Shown one piece after another: positions 8,601 to 16,813 of a stretch of DNA of 64,000 nt. Below the pieces are notes generated by a model. That model did no database searches. It was given only the letters and a program-made list of their open reading frames with translations, and was not told the DNA's origin. The position numbers and the translations under genes are program-made. The stretch's first letter is position 1. Every line of letters begins with the position of its first letter. The stretch comes from an uncultured Fibrobacter sp. GTDB lineage: Bacteria > Fibrobacterota > Fibrobacteria > Fibrobacterales > Fibrobacteraceae. The stretch lies in contig CAMNHR010000038.1 in NCBI GenBank assembly GCA_946539715.1, forward strand, positions 14,873 through 78,872. Direction: 5' to 3'.

Positions 8601-10229
8601 ATGAGCGAAGAGAAAAAGATTGCCGTAATCGCCGGTGCAGGCCCTGCGGGTCTGACCGCCGCATTGGAACTTTTGCGCACCACAGGTGTGAAGCCTGTGA
8701 TTTTTGAAGCCGAAGACGTTATCGGGGGAATTTCCCGCACGGCCCGCTACAACGGCAACCGTATGGACATAGGCGGCCACCGTTTCTTTAGCAAGAGCGA
8801 TACGGTGATGGACTGGTGGCAGGGGATTTTGCCGTTGCAAGGCGCTGCCAGTAAAGACGACATCGCCATCGGACGCAGCGTACCGCTGGTGCAGGGCGGC
8901 CCCGATCCCGAAAAGACGGACTACGTGATGCTCTGTCGTAGCCGCCTCAGCCGTATTTTGTTCCTCCGCAAGCTTTTCGATTATCCGGTGAGCCTGAACG
9001 GCGACACCATCCGGAACCTCGGGCTCTGGCGTATGTTCAAGATAGGCATGAGTTATCTCAAGGTGCAGCTTTTGCCCGCCCGCAAGGAGAACAGCCTCGA
9101 AGATTTCATGATTAACCGCTTTGGAGTGGAACTTTACCGCACCTTCTTTAGGGACTATACCGAAAAGGTGTGGGGTGTTCCCTGCAATAAGATCAGCCCC
9201 GACTGGGGTGGCCAGCGCATCAAGGGGCTTTCCATCACCAAGACCGTGGTGCATGCGCTCAAGCAGATTTTTGCAGGCAAGAAAAAGGCTGAAGCGGGAG
9301 CTGCCAATGGAGCGGACATCCGCCAAAAGGATACGGAAACCAGCCTGATAGGTCAGTTCCTCTACCCGAAATTCGGACCTGGCCAGCTTTGGGAAACGGT
9401 GGCCGAGAAGGTGCTGGAGAAAGGTGGCGAAATCCACATGAACTCGAAGGTGGTGGGCGTGAACCGCTCTACCGACGGCAAGCGTGTGGAAAGCGTAATC
9501 GTGGACCGCGGAAATTCCACGGAAACGGTTTCCTGCGACTATTTCCTCAGCACCATGCCGGTAAAAGAACTTGTGGCCGCCATGGACAACGGAAAAACGC
9601 TCGTGCCGGCAGAAGTCAAGCGCGTGGCTGAAGGCCTCGTGTACCGAGACTTCATCACTGTGGGCCTGCTCCTGGATAAGCTGCTTATCAAGAACCCTGC
9701 AAAACCAGGCACGCCCGAAAGCAAGCTCAAGTTCGTGGCGGACAACTGGATCTATGTGCAGGAATCCGACGTGAAACTCGGCCGCATCCAGATTTTCAAC
9801 AACTGGAGCCCTTACCTGGTGGCCGATCCCGAGAAGGTGTGGATCGGCCTCGAATACTTCGCCACCGAAGGCGACGAGATGTGGCGCATGCCCGACAAGG
9901 ACTTCATCAAGTTTGCCATTGCGGAACTGGACAAGATAGACGTGGCGAGGCCTGCCGACGTGCGGGATTCCGTGGTGTTCCACATCAAGAAGGCTTATCC
10001 CGCCTACTTCGGCACCTACGGCGAGTTTGACAAGATTCGTGAATATGTAGATCCGATAGAAAACCTGTTCCTCATGGGCCGAAACGGCATGCACAAGTAC
10101 AACAATATGGACCATAGTATGCTTGCTGCCATGGAAGTCGTAAAATGCATCCGTGAAAATTCCACCGACAAGACCGCCCTCTGGAACGTGAATAGCGAAG
10201 AAGAATATCACGAAGGAAAGAAGGCCTAG
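8601..10229 (+). CDS. NAD(P)/FAD-dependent oxidoreductase (amine-oxidase / UDP-galactopyranose-mutase-like fold)
   Basis: Dinucleotide-binding motif [18 protein letters not shown] at N-terminus; about 540 aa. Confidence 0.7.
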   Translation: MSEEKKIAVIAGAGPAGLTAALELLRTTGVKPVIFEAEDVIGGISRTARYNGNRMDIGGHRFFSKSDTVMDWWQGILPLQGAASKDDIAIGRSVPLVQGGPDPEKTDYVMLCRSRLSRILFLRKLFDYPVSLNGDTIRNLGLWRMFKIGMSYLKVQLLPARKENSLEDFMINRFGVELYRTFFRDYTEKVWGVPCNKISPDWGGQRIKGLSITKTVVHALKQIFAGKKKAEAGAANGADIRQKDTETSLIGQFLYPKFGPGQLWETVAEKVLEKGGEIHMNSKVVGVNRSTDGKRVESVIVDRGNSTETVSCDYFLSTMPVKELVAAMDNGKTLVPAEVKRVAEGLVYRDFITVGLLLDKLLIKNPAKPGTPESKLKFVADNWIYVQESDVKLGRIQIFNNWSPYLVADPEKVWIGLEYFATEGDEMWRMPDKDFIKFAIAELDKIDVARPADVRDSVVFHIKKAYPAYFGTYGEFDKIREYVDPIENLFLMGRNGMHKYNNMDHSMLAAMEVVKCIRENSTDKTALWNVNSEEEYHEGKKA

Positions 10230-10242
10230 ACCGGTAATTTTA

Positions 10243-12000
10243 ATGAAAAAAATCTTGAAAATTTTTAGGCTGCCGGAACTTTATATAGCACTGCTACTTG
10301 TTTTGGTACTAGTAGTGCTGAAGGTTTCTGCTCCTGTTATCAAGAATGTTACTCTAGAAAGACAGAATGAAACAAAAGAAGTCGTGCTCCCGATTCTTAA
10401 GCGGATGGGTCAGGGCGAAGTTTTTTCTGTCAAGTTCGGTTTGAATACGGGATGGTCTCATGGATTGTCCCTAAAATTGGTTCCCGATGATTGCCTTTTG
10501 GAGATGTCCATAAATGGTAAGTCTGTGGACCCGAAGCAGTTTCCGGGTTATTGCGATTGGGCTTCTGGATTCACGTTGACAAAACAAGATTTTGAAAAAT
10601 ACGCGGGATTGCAGGATGAATATAATTTTGACTTGAAAATTCGAAACAATGGTGGTACTGCAGGATTGTCCGCCTTGATGAAAGCGGACTCTTTTGGATC
10701 TCGTGCGCTTACTGTTGTGGTCTTTGTCCTTTTTGGATTGCTGGTTTTCTTGATAGGTTCACGATACAAATTGCATAAGGGAATCCTGTTGATTTTCCTG
10801 CTGGGACTAGCTTTGCGCGGAGCTTATTTTCAGGATACCAGCTACAGCCAGCGGGCATACGATGTAGATGGTCACATTGAGTATGTAGGAATTGTGGCAG
10901 ACGAGCACCGCATTCCAGACAATAAGGAATGTTGGACTTGCTACCACCCACCCCTTTATTACCTTTCGGCAATACCCTTCTGGGAAGCCTCCTTCCTGTT
11001 CGATTATTCCAAGCCCAGGGCGCTACAATGGTACAGTTTTATCATGTCGGCATTGGCCCTGATCTTTGGGCTATATTGCTTGCGCATGCTTTTGAAAGGT
11101 AGAGGCTTCTGGCTTGCCGCCTTGCTTTGGACGTTCTGGCCGTCCCTTGTCATGATGTCTCCGAGGATTACCAACGAAGCCATGTTTTGCATGGCGCATG
11201 TGATTTGTTTCTGGGCCATTCTGCGGTATATGGCTACAAAGAATGGCGCGTATGTGATTTTATCAGTGGCTCTTGCGGCAATGGCCTATTGGGCGAAATC
11301 TACGGGAATCATCACCATCGCTACACTCGGATTGATGTTCCTTGTTTATTTTGTTCCTGGCAGATTGCTGTCTTTTGAACGTAAGAAAAAAACGGAGTAT
11401 ATTGGTCTTGTGCTGTTTTTGGCCCTTTGCGGCACTGTAGGCGGCCTTGTGTTGTTCAATCCCGATATTGTGGGGAACTCCAAGAATTTGAACAGCGCCT
11501 TGATTGTCGGTGCACAGCCGGGAAATATGCTTTATTTTGATTTGGAAAACTTCTTGACCCATCCCTACACTAGCGCCTGGGATGACAACATGGGTCGGCA
11601 GTATTTCTTGAATTATCTCGCAAAGACATCCCTTTTCGGGGAATTCCAGTTGCTGAAAACGACGGCTGGGAACTGGCTGGCGTCCATTATCAGTATTTCG
11701 CTGTTGGGCCTTGTGGGATTTGCCCTAGTGGGGCTTTGGCGAATAAAGTGGAATGCCAAGACAATTCTTTCCCTTGCTCAGATAGTGATGTTTGTTGTGG
11801 CAGTGGCGGCATTAAGGCTGAAATACCCTTATTCGTGCAGTAATGATTTCCGCTTTATACTTCCAGTATTGATTCCCTGTATTTGTTTGTCGGTTGAAGG
11901 AATTTTTGCCGAGAATGGCTCTGTACGTCGCCGAGTGGCGGGCGTGTTCCTTGTGCTGATTTTTAGTGGTTGCTCGACAGCTCTAATGCTTTTGCTATAG
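10243..12000 (+). CDS. polytopic membrane protein, GT-C-like glycosyltransferase (ArnT/PMT-like) with N-terminal periplasmic domain
   Basis: At least 10 hydrophobic segments; acidic loop YDVDGHIEY after the first TM bundle, as in GT-C enzymes; sits in a glycan gene neighbourhood. Confidence 0.5.
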   Translation: MKKILKIFRLPELYIALLLVLVLVVLKVSAPVIKNVTLERQNETKEVVLPILKRMGQGEVFSVKFGLNTGWSHGLSLKLVPDDCLLEMSINGKSVDPKQFPGYCDWASGFTLTKQDFEKYAGLQDEYNFDLKIRNNGGTAGLSALMKADSFGSRALTVVVFVLFGLLVFLIGSRYKLHKGILLIFLLGLALRGAYFQDTSYSQRAYDVDGHIEYVGIVADEHRIPDNKECWTCYHPPLYYLSAIPFWEASFLFDYSKPRALQWYSFIMSALALIFGLYCLRMLLKGRGFWLAALLWTFWPSLVMMSPRITNEAMFCMAHVICFWAILRYMATKNGAYVILSVALAAMAYWAKSTGIITIATLGLMFLVYFVPGRLLSFERKKKTEYIGLVLFLALCGTVGGLVLFNPDIVGNSKNLNSALIVGAQPGNMLYFDLENFLTHPYTSAWDDNMGRQYFLNYLAKTSLFGEFQLLKTTAGNWLASIISISLLGLVGFALVGLWRIKWNAKTILSLAQIVMFVVAVAALRLKYPYSCSNDFRFILPVLIPCICLSVEGIFAENGSVRRRVAGVFLVLIFSGCSTALMLLL

Positions 12001-12058
12001 ATTGGTCGTATAATTCTCATTTTTGTATATTACCATTGCAAAGATGAAGGCTTGAAAA

Positions 12059-12796
12059 ATGCGATTGTTTTTGGTCATGTTGTGTGTGCTGTCGGTGTCG
12101 CTTTTTGCGCGACCTATAAACGACGGCAATAAACTTTTTAAGAATGGCGACTATGCCGGTGCTTTGGAAAAGTATATGAAGGCCCGGGAAGCGGAGCCTG
12201 CAAACCCGTTGTTGTTTTACAATATCGGCACTTGCCAGTACAAGTTGGGCAATTACGACGAGGCCAAGAAGGAATTGGAAAGCGCCGTACGCATGCCCGA
12301 CAAGAAAATGGCGGCCAAGGCGGCCTACAACCTGGCCAATACACATTTTCGCATAGGTGAAAAGGCGGCCGAAGGTAGCGAACGCATTGCCGCCTGGCGG
12401 GAGTCCGTTGCCTACTTGAAAAAGGCTATCGACCTGGACAATGGTTTTGAAAACGCCAAGAAAAACGTGGAAATCGTGCAGCGTAAGCTGAAAGAAGAAC
12501 TGGACAAGCAAAAGCAGAACCAGGAACAGAATCAGGACCAAAACAACGACCAGAAACAGCCGCCCCTGAGCGAAAAGGCGAAGGAAGTTCTGGCCCGTGC
12601 ATTGCAGCTTTGCAAGGACGGCAAGTATGCCGAAGGCAAGGAAATGCTGGAAAACCTGATTGCCGAAGACGAAACGGCTGGTCAGCTCAGCGGGCATGTG
12701 CAGCGCATTGACGACATTATCGAAATCAAGGCTGGCCGAAAGCCCAAGGCAAAGATTGACGCCAGCAACACCGACAACGACCTGGAGGTAATCTGA
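12059..12796 (+). CDS. TPR-repeat protein with QNQ/D low-complexity linker
   Basis: Signal-like N-terminus; TPR-type repeats (GDYAGALEKYMKA, GNYDEAKKELESA); KQKQNQEQNQDQNNDQKQ linker. Confidence 0.7.
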   Translation: MRLFLVMLCVLSVSLFARPINDGNKLFKNGDYAGALEKYMKAREAEPANPLLFYNIGTCQYKLGNYDEAKKELESAVRMPDKKMAAKAAYNLANTHFRIGEKAAEGSERIAAWRESVAYLKKAIDLDNGFENAKKNVEIVQRKLKEELDKQKQNQEQNQDQNNDQKQPPLSEKAKEVLARALQLCKDGKYAEGKEMLENLIAEDETAGQLSGHVQRIDDIIEIKAGRKPKAKIDASNTDNDLEVI

Positions 12797-12803
12797 TGAT
12801 TAT

Positions 12804-12835
12804 AATTCGGGGTTCGGAGTTCGGAGTTCGGAATT
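12804..12835. repeat. heptamer array (AATTCGG GGTTCGG AGTTCGG AGTTCGG AATT)
   Basis: Complement orientation of the AAYTCCG unit family. Confidence 0.85.
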
Positions 12836-12882
12836 GTCATTGCGAAACGCATCATCCTGAGCGGCGAAACCGCGAAGGATCC
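12836..12882 (+). repeat. GTC-hairpin (REP-like) element, composite
   Basis: GTCATTGCGaaaCGCATCATCCTgagcggcgaaaccgcgaAGGATCC; related to the element at 48478-48515. Confidence 0.7.
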
Positions 12883-12924
12883 AGTCATTCGTCACCCTGG
12901 AGCGTAGCAATAGGGTCCATTGTT

Positions 12925-13557
12925 ATGGTTTTGCTTTTGTCCGCAGCTGCCTTTGCCGCCCCCAAGTCGGCATCGGCCTACTACAGCGATGCGGCATTCC
13001 AGTATATTGAGAACCGCTTGCCCTCTGCAGAAATTACCTGTAACGAAGGCCTGCAATACTACCCCAACGATCAAAAGTTGCAGATGCTCCTGGACCGTAT
13101 TCACGAGGCCAAGGACGAGCAGAAGAACGAAAACAAGAAGAACGACAAGAACCAGGATAACAACCAAGACCAGAATCAAGACCAAAACCAGCAGGACCAG
13201 CAAAACCAGGACCAAAACGGCGAAGGCAATTCCAGCGGTTCAGAAAGTTCCTCAAGCGCTTCCGATGAGCAGGACCAGAACGGCGGCGGCCAGTCCAGCA
13301 GCTCGGATGCGGGAAGCTCCGGCGGCGAAGGCGGTGCCGGCGAACAGCCCGAACCTGAGCAGTCCGAAGAAGGCTCCAGCGACAGCCAGGGCGATTCCTC
13401 TAACGATGGCGCAGAACCGGAAGAACAGCCCGTGCAGATGGGCGAGATGAGCCCCGAAGAAGCGGCACAGCTCCTGAAGGATTTTGACGAACAGAACGGC
13501 GAACGTAAGCCCTGGAAGCCTATCCGCGGCCAGGCTCGGCCAGCTAAGGACTGGTAA
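12925..13557 (+). CDS. hypothetical secreted low-complexity (Q/N/D, S/G/E-rich) protein; start uncertain
   Basis: The ORF track starts at 12796, but the first 43 codons translate repeat elements. The ATG at 12925 precedes a hydrophobic segment. Confidence 0.5.
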   Translation: MVLLLSAAAFAAPKSASAYYSDAAFQYIENRLPSAEITCNEGLQYYPNDQKLQMLLDRIHEAKDEQKNENKKNDKNQDNNQDQNQDQNQQDQQNQDQNGEGNSSGSESSSSASDEQDQNGGGQSSSSDAGSSGGEGGAGEQPEPEQSEEGSSDSQGDSSNDGAEPEEQPVQMGEMSPEEAAQLLKDFDEQNGERKPWKPIRGQARPAKDW

Positions 13558-13567
13558 GGAGGTTAAT

Positions 13568-15007
13568 ATGAAAACAATGCAATTCCTTCTCGTCGGTGCG
13601 CTGGCGTGCTCTGCATTGTTGTTGTCTGCGTGTACGCACAAGTCTCCTTCCGGTACGGGGACAGAGGAGGAAGCCCCGGAAAGGCTAGTCCCTTCGAAAG
13701 AATTGTCCGCCAATTACACCCTGCTGGACCTTTTTTATATCTATGGACACGCCCGTAACGAGATAGAGGGCAGTGTCGACGCCTACGTTGGTAAGGGTTC
13801 CGCTTTGGATAGCAAAAATGCTTTCGGAGAAAAGAGCTGCACCAAGGGATATTATGATGTGTGCTATATGTACAACCAGATGACTGACCCCTACACGCGT
13901 TACTATGACCCGACAATGGCCGCAACGATGCTAGCATCCCTTGTCGAATCTGAAAAAGGCTTAAGGATTGTGGGGATTGAATCTGCCCCCTATGACGAAT
14001 TTGACGTGGAACTGTTTGTTGTGACATCGGCGGATGAGGGGGCCAGGAACCTCGGAATCCAAGAAGGCGACCTCTATTCCATGGACGACTTAATGATGGC
14101 CTATGAGGAATATTCCGGTCAAGATACAATCATGCTGGACATTGCACGTCCGCTTCAGAATCAGTTATATCCTGTAAAGGTTAAAGTTGCCGTCGAGGAA
14201 ATAGGCCGGCTACCTACGGTGTACCTTCATTACGAGCAAGATGGTATGGGCGATTCCATACCGGTTATCAGGATAACGGAATTTGACAGTAAGACCTTGG
14301 ACGACTCGGGTACTTATGGGGAATTTGCCGAAGCCCTGAAAAAGACTGCTGGTTCAAAAGCCACCATTATAGATTTGCGCAATAATGGTGGCGGGGATAC
14401 CGATCATTGTATTGCCGCCGCGGAGCAATTTCTTTCTAAAGGGGATACCATTGTTATAGATATCATTGCCGATGCGGATTCTGTTTTGGCCGATGGCAGG
14501 CAGAAGTACATCCAGAAATTGGATACTGTGATTGTTGTCGCGGGCCAGGATGGAAGCGCAAGGGACCGCTATGTTGTTATGCTTGCGAATGAGATGTCGG
14601 CCAGTTGTGCAGAATTGATGCTTTCGGCTATTGCCTCCAACAAGAAATCCCCTGTGGTTGGTACCTTGACTTACGGAAAGCAGATTGCGCAGTTAGGGAT
14701 AGCGAAGGGGGAGGAAAACGAGGATATCCCCATTGCCTTGCCTGACGGATTGGCAATCATTACGGCAATGTATTCCTACGACAAAGACTGGAAACTATAC
14801 CATGACTTAGGAATAGTTCCTGATTTTGAAATAAAAACCAGAAAGGCACAAATGGAAAAGGCTGTTGAACTGGCCAGTTCGGCGACCTATAGGCGCACTG
14901 CCGGATATGGTACCGAAAGGCTCGGTCACTTTGCAAAGCCTGCCGTCCAGACAAGGGGAAGGTCCCCGCTGAAGGCCATGAAGATGCGCTATAAGATTAT
15001 CCGCTGA
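13568..15007 (+). CDS. S41-family peptidase lipoprotein
   Basis: AAGGAGG 7 nt upstream of ATG; lipobox LLLSAC; IIDLRNNGGGD and MSASCAELM motifs. Confidence 0.8.
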   Translation: MKTMQFLLVGALACSALLLSACTHKSPSGTGTEEEAPERLVPSKELSANYTLLDLFYIYGHARNEIEGSVDAYVGKGSALDSKNAFGEKSCTKGYYDVCYMYNQMTDPYTRYYDPTMAATMLASLVESEKGLRIVGIESAPYDEFDVELFVVTSADEGARNLGIQEGDLYSMDDLMMAYEEYSGQDTIMLDIARPLQNQLYPVKVKVAVEEIGRLPTVYLHYEQDGMGDSIPVIRITEFDSKTLDDSGTYGEFAEALKKTAGSKATIIDLRNNGGGDTDHCIAAAEQFLSKGDTIVIDIIADADSVLADGRQKYIQKLDTVIVVAGQDGSARDRYVVMLANEMSASCAELMLSAIASNKKSPVVGTLTYGKQIAQLGIAKGEENEDIPIALPDGLAIITAMYSYDKDWKLYHDLGIVPDFEIKTRKAQMEKAVELASSATYRRTAGYGTERLGHFAKPAVQTRGRSPLKAMKMRYKIIR

Positions 15008-15011
15008 TTCC

Positions 15012-16400
15012 ATGCCCTCCCGTACCTACGCCGCCATAGATTTAAAGTCGTTCTTTGCTTCGGTGGAATGTATCCTCCGGGGCCTTGACCCCTTAAAGGC
15101 AAAGCTGGTGGTGGCCGACGAGAGCCGTACCGAAAAGACCATCTGCCTTGCGGTGACGCCTGCGCTGAAGGCCTACGGGATTCCTGGACGGGCCCGGCTT
15201 TTCGAAGTGAACCAGAAGGTCCGGGAGGTGGAACGACGCACAGGCGAGAAGGTGGAGTTCTTGATTGCAAAACCCCAGATGGCAAGGTACGTGGAGTATT
15301 CCACGAAGGTGTACAACGTTTACCTCAAGTACGTAAGTGCCGAAGATATTCACGCCTATTCCATCGACGAATGTTTTCTGGACTTGACGAAGTATCTGAA
15401 GCTGTACAAGAAAACCGCGCGGGAACTGGTAAAGACCATCATTCAAGATGTATTCACCACCACGGGAATCACTGCAACAGGAGGCATCGGCACAAATCTG
15501 TACCTGTGCAAGATTGCTATGGACGTGATGGCAAAGCATGTCGAGGCGGACAGCGACGGCGTGCGCATTGCGGAACTGGACGAGATGAGTTACCGCAGGC
15601 AACTGTGGGCCCACAAGCCCATTACCAACTTTTGGCAGGTGGGCCGTGGCATCGCAGCCAGGCTGGAAAAGTGCCACCTGAACCATGGGCGGGGAATCCA
15701 TACCATGGGAGACATTGCCCGTGTAAGCGTCAAGGAACCTGACGCCCTGTACAAGATGTTCGGCGTGAATGCGGAAATCCTGATAGACCACGCCTGGGGA
15801 TACGAACCCTGTACCATCGCAGACATCAAGAGGGCGAAGCCCCAGTCCCAGAGCATGGGAGAAGGCCAGGTGTTGCAGGACCCCTACCCCTTCGACAAGG
15901 CCCGCCTGGTGGTGCGGGAAATGGTGGATACGGTATCCATGCGCCTGGTAGAAAACGACCTGGTGGCCAAGGGCATGGTGCTTACGGTAGGTTACGACAG
16001 GGAGAATGTGGACAAGGGAATTTACCACGGCGAAACGGTGCAGGATTTTTACGGACGCACAATCCCGAAACCCGCTCACGGCACGGCTTCTATCGGGCAT
16101 TACACCAGTTCACAGTCCGCCTTTGCCGAGGCGGTCATGCGGCTTTTCGACCGGATTGTGGACCCGCAACTGACGGTGCGCCGCTTGAACCTGGTGGCCA
16201 TCGACGTGGTAGATGAAAGCAACCAGGGCTACGACCTGTTTACCGATGCCCAGAAGCAGGAACGTGAAAAGAAACGCCTCAAGGCGGAACTGCTCATCAA
16301 GAAGCGCTTCGGCAAGAACGCCATCGTCAAGGGCATGGACCTGCAGGAGGGCGCCACCACCGTAGAGCGGAACGGACAAATCGGAGGACACCGTGCATAG
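15012..16400 (+). CDS. Y-family DNA polymerase (ImpB/UvrX/YqjW-like)
   Basis: YAAIDLKSFFASVEC start, SIDECFLD catalytic motif, little-finger-length C-terminus. Confidence 0.85.
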   Translation: MPSRTYAAIDLKSFFASVECILRGLDPLKAKLVVADESRTEKTICLAVTPALKAYGIPGRARLFEVNQKVREVERRTGEKVEFLIAKPQMARYVEYSTKVYNVYLKYVSAEDIHAYSIDECFLDLTKYLKLYKKTARELVKTIIQDVFTTTGITATGGIGTNLYLCKIAMDVMAKHVEADSDGVRIAELDEMSYRRQLWAHKPITNFWQVGRGIAARLEKCHLNHGRGIHTMGDIARVSVKEPDALYKMFGVNAEILIDHAWGYEPCTIADIKRAKPQSQSMGEGQVLQDPYPFDKARLVVREMVDTVSMRLVENDLVAKGMVLTVGYDRENVDKGIYHGETVQDFYGRTIPKPAHGTASIGHYTSSQSAFAEAVMRLFDRIVDPQLTVRRLNLVAIDVVDESNQGYDLFTDAQKQEREKKRLKAELLIKKRFGKNAIVKGMDLQEGATTVERNGQIGGHRA

Positions 16401-16505
16401 TCATGAGTTGCAAGTTGCGAGTTATGAGTTTTAATTATGGACTAAAATATTTTTGTACTTTTCTCAGAGGCGCATAGCGCCGACTTATGACTCATGACTC
16501 AGGAC
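16401..16505. repeat. heptamer-array inverted repeat (TCATGAG TTGCAAG TTGCGAG TTATGAG ... CTTATGA CTCATGA CTCAGGA)
   Basis: Arms at 16401-16430 and 16484-16505 are complementary in unit type; the centre holds the GGCGCataGCGCC hairpin; the right arm overlaps the next start codon. Confidence 0.85.
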
Positions 16506-16715
16506 TACACAGACATAATAGATCTGCCCTACCCGAGGGACGACTGGAACTTTCTCATGAAACACCCCCGCATGAGCATGGAATCCCGTGCGAAGATTTT
16601 CGCCCCCTTTGCGGCCCTAAGGGGCCACAGCACCGCCCTTGCCAAGACCGCCGAGCAGAAAATGGACGACGTGGCCCACGAATTGACCCTGGACGACCAG
16701 GAATTCGGTGCATAA
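16494..16715 (+). CDS. YolD-like small protein (partner of Y-family polymerases)
   Basis: MSMESRAKIFAPFAALRGH matches the YolD-like core; lies directly downstream of the polymerase, as in Bacillus yqjW-yqjX and uvrX-yolD. Confidence 0.6.
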   Translation: MTQDYTDIIDLPYPRDDWNFLMKHPRMSMESRAKIFAPFAALRGHSTALAKTAEQKMDDVAHELTLDDQEFGA

Positions 16716-16813
16716 ATTGGCTTTTTTTTGCATAAAATTACATTCTTTGCCAAAAGCATTTTTTTAACAATTCTTTTCTAGGAAAAATCGAGTTTCGTAT
16801 ATATATTTAAGTT

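Noticed and set aside
8589-10211. Very long antisense ORFs opposite well-supported genes. Examples: 8589..10211, 15093..16100, 20049..21248, 25579..26607, 38363..39487, 48676..49929, 51302..52249, 56319..57128, 57557..58573, 58593..59519
   Set aside because: Their products are low-complexity (rich in H, V, G, A and R) with no recognisable motifs. The opposite strand encodes proteins with clear family signatures. These are shadow ORFs produced by codon bias.
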